Shown here: piece by piece, positions 1 through 13,700 of the stretch
Layout: every line of letters starts with the position of its first letter
Numbering within the stretch: the first letter of the stretch is position 1
Assembly: GCA_003344405.1 (NCBI GenBank)
Contig: NOWV01000023.1
Location: 558,001-622,000, forward strand
Source of the DNA: Trichoplax sp. H2
Taxonomy: Eukaryota
DNA length: 64,000 bases
Direction of reading: 5' to 3'
Program-made: the position numbers and the translations under genes
Notes under the pieces: model-generated
Database searches by the model: none
What the model was told of the DNA's origin: nothing
What the model saw: the letters and a program-made list of their open reading frames with translations, nothing else

Positions 1-2069
1 TTGAATTTCGCTATTTATAATATCAAATATTACTTGTTTCCGTCAAGTCTTAATGCCAATGATTTGAATTGGCACCGGAATGCGGTATAGAGAATATACT
101 TAAGTTTCAAAGTACGCAACTGACATTAATTAAGTATTTTCTGTAAAGCCTACGGAAGCTAGGAAATCTTGCAATCAAATGGAATAGTTATTTTATAGAA
201 TGTGTATAGCAATACTATAGTAGATTGCTCGAGGTTTACATTGATTTATATATAGTAAAAAGTAAATCATTTTTAGGTGTATGATCTAATTACTAGTTAC
301 AACGGAAATTTAAACAGCAAATATCGGAATTATTGCAAGTGAAATGGTATAGTTCCTATGTTTATACGCGTTAATCTACCAGCCTTAGGGAACATAAACC
401 GGCATATACCTACGGTAGAATTTTACATGATAAAAATACGCTTTCGGTGTATAAATTTACATTCAACTATAATACTTAAAGTCAAATCGATTGGTAAAAT
501 GCACTATAGATTTACCTTAAACAAGTAACCCTCGCCAAAATTGCTGATTTAGAGTAAATTTTTACATTGTTTCGAGAAATATAATGACAAGCTACCAACA
601 TACAGTTACAGCTGTTCAAGGTTTAACTGATCTAGACCAGTAAACATTTGTTCGCAAATTCATTGTTAAGAAATTTATCAATCATAACTTCAATCAGAAA
701 ACGCAATAGTAATAATCAATTAACATTTGGGGATTGTTGTCTACAACACGACAAACTCTAATAATATTTTTAATCACACGACAGTATATCATTACAGTTA
801 TTCTACTATCGTAAATTACTACTAGTTATACGCAAGGAGCATCAAGCTCCGTAACAGATGCTTATCAGTATATTTCGCTTAATGAATTTCTCATGTACCT
901 CATTGACGAACTATTAGCAATTTATCTATCATTGCATTTTTATGCGAGTACGAATCTGCTTACTGTTATGGCTTATATAGATGCATTAAAGCGACTGTCA
1001 TAGGATATTTGAGAATTACGTTCTCGTTCGGTTATTTACTATAGTTACAATAATTAATTGTGACGTATTAAAAAGGCAGAATTTTATGAATATCCTTGGA
1101 AGCTAGCTATAAATTTCGATATATGGCATTCAGATATTTTGCTAGAAAGGCCCGCTGAATCTTTAAATTTGTGTATCCAAATATTTTATTATGCGGGAGT
1201 CTGCAGCGGTACAATCATCAGACTATTTGCAATATTATCATAAGGTCTATTGTAACTAGGCTATCAATTGTCTAAATATATAGCTATCTGCAATATCTCA
1301 CTTTCAGTTTTTAATGACTTTGGTATTTTGCGTCTATATTTATATATCGATATTAGCTATTGGACTAGATTTATGCATAGGATGATGGCGTGAAATCCGA
1401 CGTCCTCGAGTCATTTAAAATAGTAAAATGCTAGTGGTAGCCAAAATATACCTTTTGGTTATAGCTATTGAATTGAAATCATTTTTGTAAGTACTAATGG
1501 TGACTTAGTAAGTAACTGGAAGCTTATTAAATAAATAATGCTTTATATTACAATTAATTACCGTTAGTAGATCAATACACCAAGTATACTATTAAACCAT
1601 TTAGGATTAATAATTTACGTTCTGTTGTCTTCTGCAATATCGTATACTATATAGCATATAAGCAGTTGATTAGTAGAAAGAAATTACAGAAAGGTTTAAT
1701 ATTACATATCGTATAATTCATAGTTGGCGTGCTAGTTTAGTAATAATCATATATCAGTAAGGTTAAATATGTCTATGGTTAGCTATTATTAATTGAACTG
1801 ATTGAATAGATAATGTTAAAATTATATATCACAATGGCAAGACATGCCATTACTGTATTAAGGTTTAATATCGAAATTCTTTTACCGCTGGGATACCATA
1901 ATTGAATCCTGTCATTAATTTATTTGTAATTATTGATTCAACTGGTTTCATCAATAAAGCTCTGTATCGGCTAGAATAGATTGGAAAATCGACGAAAAGA
2001 TCAAGACTTTTAATACTGAAAGTTGATAATCGCTAGCATCCTGCTATATCAGTCGTTATACCCATCGAT

Positions 2070-2712
2070 ATAGGATTACTAATTATAGATTCCGATTCAT
2101 TACCTTATCGATAACAGTGATATTACTAGTCCATAGACTGATTTCAAATATTGGCAAAGCTTGTACAGGAAATTCTAAATTGTTGCAGTACTAACTTACG
2201 TCCATATATAATTGGCCACAACAAAATAACGATATGAAATTATTAATTATCGATTTCGATCAGATTATCCTATCGACAACATCGATAAGTCCATAGGCTG
2301 ATTCTAAATGTTGATAAAATCCTCATAAGAAGTTCTAAATTATTGCCACACTTTTATACTTCCAAATATATGATACGACGGCCAATTAACTATTTCAACC
2401 GCAACAACGTAATAATTTGGAATTACTAATTATTGATTTCAATTACATTGTCCCATCGACAACAGAGATATTGCTAGTCCATAATCTGACTTTAAATGTT
2501 GACAGAACTGTTACAGAAATTTCTAGATTATTGCAGTATCAATATTTTTTCATATACGAGGATATATTACGACCAATGATCTTTAGGCGTAACAACATAA
2601 TGATGTGAAATTGTTAATTATTGATTTGAATCCAGTTATCCTATCGACAATTGCAATATTGCTGATTTCAAATGTTAGCAGAGCTTCTATAGGAAGTCCT
2701 TAATTGTAGCAG
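2070..2712. repeat. Degenerate tandem repeat, about 4 units of ~165-190 bp
   Basis: Recurring blocks 'attattaattat(c/t)gattt..', '(t/c)atcga(c/t)aac..', 'agtccata..ctga(t/c)tt', 'ttcta(a/g)att.ttgc'; the atcga(c/t)aa block recurs near 2107, 2272, 2455 and 2643. Confidence 0.75.
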
Positions 2713-2812
2713 GGCCAATATACGTCAATATATATAAATGTTATACATAATTGATTGCCACTTTTCTTGAGTAGCCACGTTAATTGTTACGTCATGATTA
2801 GGATTGCATAGT

Positions 2813-2871
2813 GTATCTCATAGCAACACTCCTCAGATAGCCATGTGATTTGTAAAGGTTGCCATGGAAAG
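2813..2871. promoter_or_regulatory. Two RFX X-box-like sites; candidate upstream promoter of PPP4R4
   Basis: GTATCTCATAGCAAC (2813-2827) and GTTGCCATGGAAAG (2858-2871) resemble the X-box GTTGCCATGGCAAC; a CRE-like TTACGTCA lies just upstream; the ATG exon of PPP4R4 is preceded by an acceptor-like 'ttattag|', implying an upstream non-coding exon. Confidence 0.4.
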
Positions 2872-4711
2872 GAGAGGCTGGATGAAATGGAGGGAATTAT
2901 TAACCCCGATAAGGCCAGTTTGAGTCGAGTAACAGAAGTTTAATGTAATGCATTGTATTAATTGTATCGAAGTAGAATCGATGCAAGCATTTAATTATAA
3001 TAGAATAAATTTGCTTGTATATGATGAAAGACAGTTTAATCAATATTCTATTGTAAATGGCATATATAGATTTGATATTATGCCGCTCGTTCATTACTCT
3101 ATTCTATAAGTATTAATATGTAGTTAGGATTTAGATTACCTATTTTATTGTGCAATATTAATTAATTATTGTAGTATGTATTGTGTAGGCATTTTTCCAT
3201 ATATTCTATTCTCTACACTATTAAATATACAGTTATGGCGCATAGCGGGTTTTCTTCTATACAGATACCTTTTTCACTCGTTAGAAGGTTAAATTGAATT
3301 TTCATACAAGTTATTATAGATGCCTTTCCAACTTGATATTGAACTATTGTTGACTGTACTAAACCATTCATTAAATTCATATAAGTTCTATTATCATCGC
3401 ACTGATATTAATATGCAGGAAGGAAATTTAGAGATTCGCATTTTGGAGCTTAGGACTTAAGTGAGAGATTTTTTATGGGTCAATAAGTTGTCGCTGCTAT
3501 TCCATAATCTTGCCTTCAATCACGTTATATCAAAACTTTCGACTTTATTCTAGCTTTCCAAGTAGCTCTTTTATTGGCAATCCTTAAGTCTTATTCTTTC
3601 AACGATTTGAGTCTTCCTTGGTGAGAAATTTTACGATGCATTGAAAATAGGAGTTTGGCTGCCATTCTTGCTTAGAAGGGGATAATTCAAGTCAATGATC
3701 AATGCTTTATCTAGTTATTCACCATACAACAACACTGTGGTCATACAGAAGAATTTAGCCAACAATTCCAGTCGAGTTACAAGAATTCTATTCTCTAATA
3801 TTTGAAGATTAATCGATAGAACGATTATCACTACACTTGGCAAACTAATAATCCGATATTAATTGGATCCTTTCCTATCGACGAATTGCAATTGCTCGCC
3901 AAGACTGAAAGAAGAAACTTGGGAATTAGAACTGTGATGATCAAATATTAACACACTTTGTTCATCTAAGAATTACTGGTCAATCCCATACTTGTTTATC
4001 AAACTCATCTTTACTCATCGATTATGTGGATCGTCTTACTATCCAATGGATGCTCTCTCTTCTAATTATGACAAATTCACCTTATTAATCGACTAATGAC
4101 GATAGAATATCCCAACTTATTTGTTGAAACTTATTCTATGATATTGCATTTAAAGGATTGAAATTAAAGTTCAGTTTGAGTTGGTTTATTACTTGATTCT
4201 GCCGGTACTATTGGCTGTATCATTTAGTAACCTCCTCTATTTCAAGTTATTCATCGAATCGACCGTTCTACTTTCGTCGTTTACATGATATAACCCCCTT
4301 TTTGGTCTGATTCTTTCTTCTTAAGGTAATTGCAAATATTTCCATCATTTTCAACGCGCCTTACATATTAATCGACAGTTTATTAAGCATCATTTCACAA
4401 ATTATAATGAACATATTGTTAAATGCATTTCAGTTCTATTTCTACTTAATTGTGCATAATTATTACATAATCAATATTCTAATTAGAAGTTTTTTTACTT
4501 TCCAACGTTCAATCTTCCTTCATAAATTTTCATTAAACTATTATTGTAGTAAACAAGGCTTGAGAATTAATCAGTAGCAAAAGTGTTGGTGGTAACACTG
4601 GTTAACTGGTTGAACTGATATCCTCAGTTGATATCAAGAAATTGATAAAATTAGTTAATACTGGTTAAAGAAAGGATTATTGCCGACGAAAATCGAATTA
4701 TTAGGTAAAAC

Positions 4712-7700
4712 ATGGATTGGGAAAAGTATGCTGGGACATTTACAGCTGATTTGGATCATGCTGATATGGAAGAATTACGCTCAGAGCGTACAATTCAACA
4801 AATTATTAAGGTAAGCCATTTTGAGCAGTCAATTCTTTAAATCAAAGCGTACAATTTGATTGTCATTTCTCTCAATTGTGCCCATAACAGACATTGAACA
4901 GATATTTGACATTTACTTTTCAGTACTAATTCTGCCTCTTGTTTGATGTCTTTTCACATGGATGCCAATAGAAATTGTCAATTCTATAATAGATTATGCA
5001 AGTGTAGTGTGATGTATAACTCCTTTATGCGACTATCATAGTAGATAATGAGAGCCCGGATGATGATAGAAAATAGTTATTTGACTCAGATCCCGAATGA
5101 ATTTCTTCAAATTTAAGATTACACTGTTGCAGCTGTTTAGACTACATTGTAACCGCAATAACGGAATCCAAATGAATATTGACCTATGCAGTAAAATGAT
5201 CTTCAGTTAGAGACTTTTAGGTTAAGATTTTCGCGAGGAAATTTCCTACTATTACCATCTTGAAAAGTTTGATCAAATACTTCTCTCTATTATCACTCAC
5301 ATCTGTATGAATCTTTGATTCGAAAGTAGTAATCCATCTTCAATCGATTATTGAATACTAAGATATATACAATAAATTTATTACTTTATCGATTCAGTCA
5401 ATTATTCTTTATTCTTTTCTCCGTCAATTTATCGTCTATAGACTGCTGAAGAAATTGACAGTTTAACCGTGGATGAAAATTTAAATGATATTGAAAGGGC
5501 TCTTTTCTTACTCAGGTATAGTTTATCCTTTTGTGGTTTTGCTACCATCAAATGGGATGGTAGTACAGTGGCATACATACGTGCATATGATGATTTTAGT
5601 TTGAGTCATGTTATTTTGTAAAGATTTTTAAAGCGGATTTGGTTGGGATAATTGGTGGGTTTAATTCGGACATTCTTCACGATCTAGCAAAAAATGATGA
5701 ATTAGTTTTGTTTCATAGCAAGAATACTTAATTATAAGAACAAGAATTACGCCTATTTTCTTTTGATTTAATAGAGTTTTGTTTTCATTGGATTGTGTTA
5801 ATTTTTGTTTTGCATAATTTCCTCTGCTTGAATATTTGTACTTACGGCAAATCTTTGTCACAGACAAAAATTTAGAAAAAAATGACGCAGAAATTGATAA
5901 GTTAGACAATTTCTCCATCTTTTTCATTTGCATAAGTCATAACATGATTGTAACCAACTCTATCATGGTATATGACTTTGTAATAGCTGGATCTTAATTT
6001 GAAATGGCATTTAGTTTACTTGGCAATTGTAAAATAATTTTGAAACATTTTTAAACTCTCGATCACGAGTAATCTCTATTACAGACTATTAGCACAAGGT
6101 ATATCCAGGTTATTATTTCAAATTGCCTCAAAAGAGTTCGCCAGCAATATTTTTAGAGCCATCCATTAGTAACTAGATTCACATAACTGTTGTTTGGGAT
6201 ATTAAGATGTGGGGACTAGCTGCAAATCAGTTTATGTTTTCCTCGTATTGGAGCCCTTTTGAACCATGAAATTATTCAGTGTTCAGATGTAGAAAATTGC
6301 AGCATGCTTGATAGATTAGATATCACGACTCATTAATTCAACGATAATCTTCAATGGACGGATTAAATTTTATTATTTGCGAGTACAACACCATATTTTG
6401 ATTAAGTTTAAAAATTAAAACAGGCTAGCAGTAGGTGGAGTTTATGTTCCAATTATTAATCAATGATTTTACTAGTAGTAGAAATTGACTAAACGCTTTA
6501 ATATTCATAACGTAAGATTAATCGATCTACCTAAAGCCAAGATAATTTAGGAATCGATTTTTCATTTCACTAATTTTAGTCATGGCTGAAATGGATTAAA
6601 CGCTTTTTGTCATAATGCAAGATTAATCGATCTACCCAAAGCCAAGATAATTTAAGAATCGATATTCCATTTCTTTAATTTTAATAATAGTAGAAATGGA
6701 TTAATTGCTTTTATTAGTCTTAATGCAAGGTGATCGATCCACTCAAAAATCCGATACTTTAGAAATCGATTTTCTATTTCACTGACTTTAGAAAATAGTA
6801 GAAACGGATTAAATACTTTATTATTCATAATGCAAGATCAATCGATCTACTTAAAGCCCAGATAATTTAAGTATCGATATTCTATTTCACTGCTTTAGCC
6901 ATAATCCTAGTAGCGAGAATATTTATTGAAGATAGCTCTACTTTTTCAGCATATGTACGCTATTAAAGGTTATGAATCTGTTTAATTTCGTTAACTTATA
7001 GCCTTACTCGTTTCATCAATAACTATATACGGTAGTTTAACTGAAATTTCTCATCTTTTGAGGTTGCCGCAATAACTATTTTTCAAGTTATTACCTCATT
7101 GTAGGCTCTCCGCTTCGTGCTAATGTTACGCTCTAATTTAAATTATACTAACTAAGGGGTGAAATAGATCCATTTGCTACTGGGGAAATACCATAGTGTG
7201 AAGCACACCAACCTTAGTTGTCACCACTGTATTACAAAGTCCTCGTAGTTGGTACCCATATTTACTTTCATTCCATAACGACCCAGTAGAGCATCTTAAT
7301 CATTCCTCTATGTACTCGTAGTTTATTCCGGTCTTTAATTGATGGAATATTATCTTCAAAAGATTATCCTACGACTACAAAATGAAGTGACTATAGAGCA
7401 TAGACAAATTCAGATGTGACCTTAATAATATCCTGTGGTAAAGTCAATTCTCTAGGGTCTTCACTATATCAAACTAAGTGGATTTAAAACTCGAATTAAG
7501 CTTTATTACCATAAATCCAACCGTAACTGTATTTACAACAGACTATGAACAAGAAGACTCTCGATCTACTCATTGCATTGGCTTATAAATCCTAGCGCAT
7601 GATCTATTTAGTAATGGTAGTAAAATTATTACGCTTCCACGCGCTAAGCACGGGCACTGAATTACTATATTTTGCCGGGTCGCGAGCAACTAATTTCGTT

Positions 7701-10700
7701 AAACTACGCAAGTATTACAGCCTACGGTAGTGCATATTAGTAATTCCATACTTAATTAAGAATTTAACTCAAGTACTAAACTCACGGCGCTACATATCCG
7801 AATTTTGTAGCAGCGCTCAATAGCATTTCTTAAGAGCTTTTATAGCCAAAATTAGATCAAGTAATTGTCAGTATTCTGATTTTGTGGTACGATAGGCTAT
7901 TACATGAGTGTCTTTACGCAATGAGAAATTTTATAATTAAGAACGGTAAATAGTTTATTCCATCGACGATGTTTGGAATAAAGTATCTTCAAGAATAATG
8001 AAATAGAAGCATTGCCCAATTCTGATTCGAATTCCCTCTTTATAGTGATAAATACTTGTACATTCTTACCATCTATTCTATAAATAAGATCTATTTTAGG
8101 CCTATACAGTCGTATAAATTCTGATTAATAAATTTTGACACAGTGAGAACAATCTTTCGATCTGAAGATTATTATGATCCTATCAATATTTGCATGAGTA
8201 AAACATGAGGGTTTATCTCGAGTGCAATTCGATTGTAAAGAATTCGGAGAATATTTTAATAAATTGAATTATAATTTTGGATACAAGATTGTTCACATGG
8301 TTGACTTCAACTTTTATGGGCAATTAACTTGAAATGATACAATATGGCCATTTCATCACTACAAAGGGAAATTGACACTGCAGCTTTATTCTTTACTGTC
8401 TCCAATGGCTGCCTAATTGTCAACTCTGGAGCCCTTCCTGAAACTGCAATTCAGATTCCTGATCCGTTTTTTGTAATAGATGTTTGATAGAATGGAAAGT
8501 TTCAATAGCATAGTCACACTTACCTTTCGACATATTAAGTCGAATGTATTGGCACGACAGCTATAGTATTATTTTATCATGGTAGCATCGGCGAATTAAT
8601 AACTAAACTTTTAGTTGGATTAGGTCATGAAAGGGAATACAGTGTCCGATGTAGCTAAAACTCAACTTTACAGCAGAAATTATGTATATTGACAAATCAA
8701 AGTAAATGATGTCTTTGCGACCTGAAAGCACAGTGACAGCTTTGATCGACTCTCATTATGGTATAGAAATAAGTTTTTAAGCGCTCGTCCTTATTGTTAT
8801 TTAATAAACATTACTTTACGGAAAAATTGCAACCGATATATCCATTATTGACCCTATTTATCGGTAAGTTAGCAAGGAAAGTGATGTACTTTTAGTATTG
8901 GCGTAGTGAGCATCTATAATCTAATGATTCATTAGATATCCCAAAATCCACCTAGAAGAAAACTATCAAGGTTTAGTTTATCACTGTAACGGAAGTACCT
9001 TTATAAACATATAAAAATAATAAACGAAAAAGGACACATAATATGTTGGATTGATTCTTCTCTATTTGAAGAATCATCTAGGCCTTATTCGATAGCCCCT
9101 TGATTCCAATTGCACCTGTGAAGTGTAATCGTGGAATATACGACTTACGATAGTAAAATTATGTAGGGAATTTAACTCACTACGCGATGGGTTTCGAATA
9201 ATGATATGACAGAGCCTCTATCGTCATAGAGGATGATGATCAGAATGATAGTAGTTTGTCCTCATGCCTATGTCTTATTGATGCTAAATTACTGCAATTT
9301 TATTAATAAATTGACATCAAAAATGATTTACTATACTACTGATATATAAGCCGTAATTCTGTACATTCTGTTATTTTGTTTAATGCCTGAGTAGCCATTT
9401 GAAGGAAAACTACCAAGATTTAAATTATCGCTGTTATTAAAGGACTTTGATTGAGTTTTAGAAATTTAATTAAAAAGCTGATAGACTATCTGCTAGACTG
9501 CTTTTACTCGATTTGAAGGATCATCAAGTCTTTAATTGATAAGTTCTAAATTTAAATTGTCCTTATAAAGACGAGCGCGGAAGGTAATGCGATGCTAAGA
9601 TTCATTGGAGAAGTTTAGACTATCCACATGAATGAGTTATAGCCATGTGTCTCGAATAGTGATAGGACTGTACTATAGCCAATTTCATCACAAAATTGGA
9701 TGATGAAGCACTCGTATATCATAATCTCTATGTTCTTTTAACACGGAAAATATATTAACCATTAGGCACTAGACAGAGATCGTTCCTTTTCCTTTATGTA
9801 AAACCATGAAGCAGTTTTAGAGGATATTCTCGAATTAATTATTCTGACTCGTTGCGATAGATAAATAAGTGTGGAATAAAGATTAAAGTTCTATTTACTG
9901 CTAGTGTATTCTTTCAGTTTGGCTAGGCTTTATATCTATTTCAATAGTCTACTCCAAAAACTCTCCTACTATTCAGTAATCAAATCAATTGATGCCAATT
10001 GTTTTATTTTGGGGGCTGCTATTGTTAACCCGGAGTTTAAAATGGCATCCTTAATCGTTTAGTACCTGTTAAATCCGTCATTTATGTTTCTGTCGTATAG
10101 AAGCTGTCCACTCTTTACAATTGCAAATTAAGAATTGGATTGTTTCTTGTCGTCAACTTTGATCCTTGCCATTGTTTGTTAGAAAAGCTCTTTAGATTTA
10201 AAAAATGAATTCAAGTTGTCATTGAATTTTTTGTTTTTCACTGACGACTGTGATTGTAAAAGCTTCGGGATAGGGCTAACAAAGGGAGTTGCCATTTGTA
10301 TATTACTGTAATCCTATCTTTTCCAAAAATATAGACCATACTTTAGACGATATACCAGATATATCTGCTTTATATCATAGATAAAGAATTAGAGAAAGAT
10401 CGTCTGATGAGTAATCATTGCATTAATGAATAACTATTCTTGACCCATCGCATAGCAGCTTGAAAAGCGATCAGATTTTATAGTGACTTAAAATTAATGT
10501 AAAAATCGGGAAAACTGTAACATTTCCTCGCCAAGTTCTGTCTAAAATTGTAGCCATAGTCTATACAAATTATACATTATCAGCAATATTAATATTTTAA
10601 TTCTTCACAATATTTGAATTGCTAAAGCTATATTAGACGATCCATGCATTAATTACAATTCTTGCATATCGTTTCGTGTTACTGAATGTTAAAGTCTAAT

Positions 10701-13700
10701 TACCAATAATTTTGACGTGATTTTCCATAACGAAAAGGTTATCTAACATAGTAACAGAATCAATATAGAGTTAAGCGAAACCAAACGATAAAAACTATAT
10801 TATTTTACATTTTAATTTATATGTAACGAGAATTTTTCTATTTGATATAAATAGTTCCAACCAAGATATTCAACGTGAAAGCGTCATCAATACTTTAATA
10901 AAGCTGCTAAAATGCCATCAAAAGGAAACTTTAAAATGCATAGTGCCGAAGCTTCAAGTAAGTTGCTAGTTTAGTAACATCATACTGCCATGGATTAATG
11001 TGACAACGAATATGGTACTTATTGATAGTTTCACAGTTAAACTAATGTCTATATCTTATGTATATACGTAAGAAATTTATGCTAAATCTAGAAAATATTG
11101 TAGCTTTAACCTCTTAAGATTAAATTTATTAATATATCAACATCTGCGTATATCTTAATTGATAATATCGCAACAAAATTGTACGCATTAATTGGTATTA
11201 TGACCCACTTTTACAGGAAATTTTACCACTTGAGCCAAATCATGTTCATACGTTAGCATCATCTGTCTTTCAAAGTATTGGTCGTTTAGGCATAGTTAAC
11301 GCAGATACATTTGCTCAACATTTCTTTCCTATTATTCAAGCTAATACTGATCACAAAGATAGCAGTAAGTAAACTAAATATTTAGTTATATAATCCTATA
11401 AACTATCAGCTCAATTTATAGACTTGCATTGTAGATTAGAGTAGAGTACTGAAATTTTTAGGATGAGAAATTCTTATTTATATCTCTGTTATAACATCCT
11501 ATAGGTGTTGCTAGCATATGGTTTGATAACTTAGTTTTTAGTATAACCATCATTCCTCGCCATCAACTCCAGGAAAGGGTAAACTGAAATGAAAGCAAAG
11601 AAATTATGGAAATATCTAATTAAGAGCACAACTATGTCTCTTTTAAATAATTTCATTAGCAGTTTCTAGCCTAAGTATTTGTTCTATATCTGTATTTAGG
11701 TTTTACCCATGCTTATTGATAAAGCAAAGCTTTCCCAATCGGTAGCTTCGCGGCTATCCAGTTGCTTATTATCCGGTAGCTTAGCTCGACGATTTGATTC
11801 AGAATGGTAACAAAACAGCTCAAATATTAGTCGATCTACGAATTTGATATAATCAATTCACATTATTATTTGCTATTTTAATATGCTATTAATTCCATGC
11901 AAAACATTCCAATTCCTAGGATCAATAAAAATATAATCCCTATAGTAAAAAGTTTATGTCAAGACGTAGATTATGAAGTACGCGGAAGAATGTGTGCTAA
12001 TTTACCTCCAATTATTCAATCATTAAAGTAAGCCCATGATTAGATAACTTAACATTTGATTTAAGCTATTTTAATATATAAAATTGAGTAATCATCTGTT
12101 ATACATTCTTGGCACTATGATTTGCAATATACCAAAGATATATAGAAAACACATTCGTTTCTACTGCGGGCAGCATTTTATAATTTCAAAGTAACAATGT
12201 TTTTAGCCATGAGAACAGTCTTCTTTTATTCTCTTACGACAATGTCATTATAGCACAGCAGATATTAAGCGATTTATCCTACCCGAATTAATTGAACTAC
12301 TAAATGATGAAGAAAGCAGCGTGAGAATAGCAAGCTTAGCTTGCATAGCGGAAGCTGTAGATCCTCAAGATGCAGGTATTTATACATATTAGTCGATAAT
12401 CTTATATTACAACTTCTTACTTTTAGTAATACATCTAAAATTTTATTCGCTATTGCTCCATTTGTATTTCTTTCAATATGACGTTAAATCATCTCCCTAA
12501 TTATAATAAATTGCAGTTATTCCTTGATATTCACTTTCTATCTCATCTATAGAAATGATTTGCGTTAGCTACTCATTTAGCTATTGTGATCAGAGTTTCG
12601 CAGATATTTTGAACTGTCATGAAAGGAACCTTAATTTATTTCGATGATACATATTTCTGAGTTTTTTGATAGCTTTTGCATTATGTTTATAATAACTGTT
12701 AATCTTAAAATACAGAGCGAATTAAATTTGTAGTAAAATTTTTAATTATAATTATTTTGTCTTTATCCTCTATACCAGCAACCAAGGAAAAAATTTATCC
12801 TACTATAAAACATTTATGCGAGTTAGCAGTTGATAAACAAGATAATTCATTAACAGTAATTTCAAGATGTTATGGTAAACTTTGCATAGGATTGGATGGT
12901 AAGTTTTTATCAAGTTTTATCACCATCTTGTAGCAAATACGTAAAAGTCAAGGATACTATTTTCTTATGAGTAAAGACATATCCTATAAAATTTCTGAAA
13001 ATTATTTTCCAGACGGCTAAATTAGCGACTTTAAAGTTAATACATCATACAGTAGAAGAAGATACTACACATTGCATTGGTGAACTTAAAACGCCAGTGT
13101 GCCTTGTAATCGATTTTTTTATATACGTTACGCTTTGGCTAATTTGAGTAATTGACAACGATAATATAGATGCTACATTAACAGATTACGGAAGTATCAT
13201 GAAGGGAACGGTCATTATATTAAATTATTTCCTATTGCAGTTATGATCTCATTATATGTACGATACAGTTTAAGTACTTACAATTAATTGACAAAGAACG
13301 TTTATCATTAGTAGCATCTGTAAAATTGAAATAATGTTTACATTTTTTGCCTTGCATATGCTAGAGTAGGATAATAAGTTCAAGCTTTAATTATGATAGA
13401 CTTTATTGCTAAATATAAGATCGTTCATTTTATTGTTTTATTCAAATTTCGCCTAGCAAATCTAACTAAAGATGAAAAAGAATGGTTGAAGTCGTTTTAT
13501 GCTAAGATGTCAACATTAGGTCTTGGGCCATCCGATAAAGTAAAAACTCCAGTATCAAACTCTTTATTAAATTCAAATACTTTGAAGCAAACCTCACATG
13601 GTGTCAGCCAAGACTGTAGAATCAACTGTGCTTATAATTTTCCAGTAAGTCTCGAAACGCATATATATTAATTAGATTGAAATACCGTAGGCTTAATGAG

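Noticed and set aside
5661..5933. 90-aa antisense ORF in PPP4R4 intron 2
   Set aside because: AT-driven composition and no family resemblance
6460..6897. Repeat array considered as CRISPR-like
   Set aside because: Whole units are repeated with no unique spacers, in a eukaryotic intron with no cas genes
9990..10295. Minus-strand coding-looking frame MATPFVSPIPKLLQ... inside PPP4R4 intron 2
   Set aside because: Several in-frame stops and no recognisable motif; cannot be distinguished from chance
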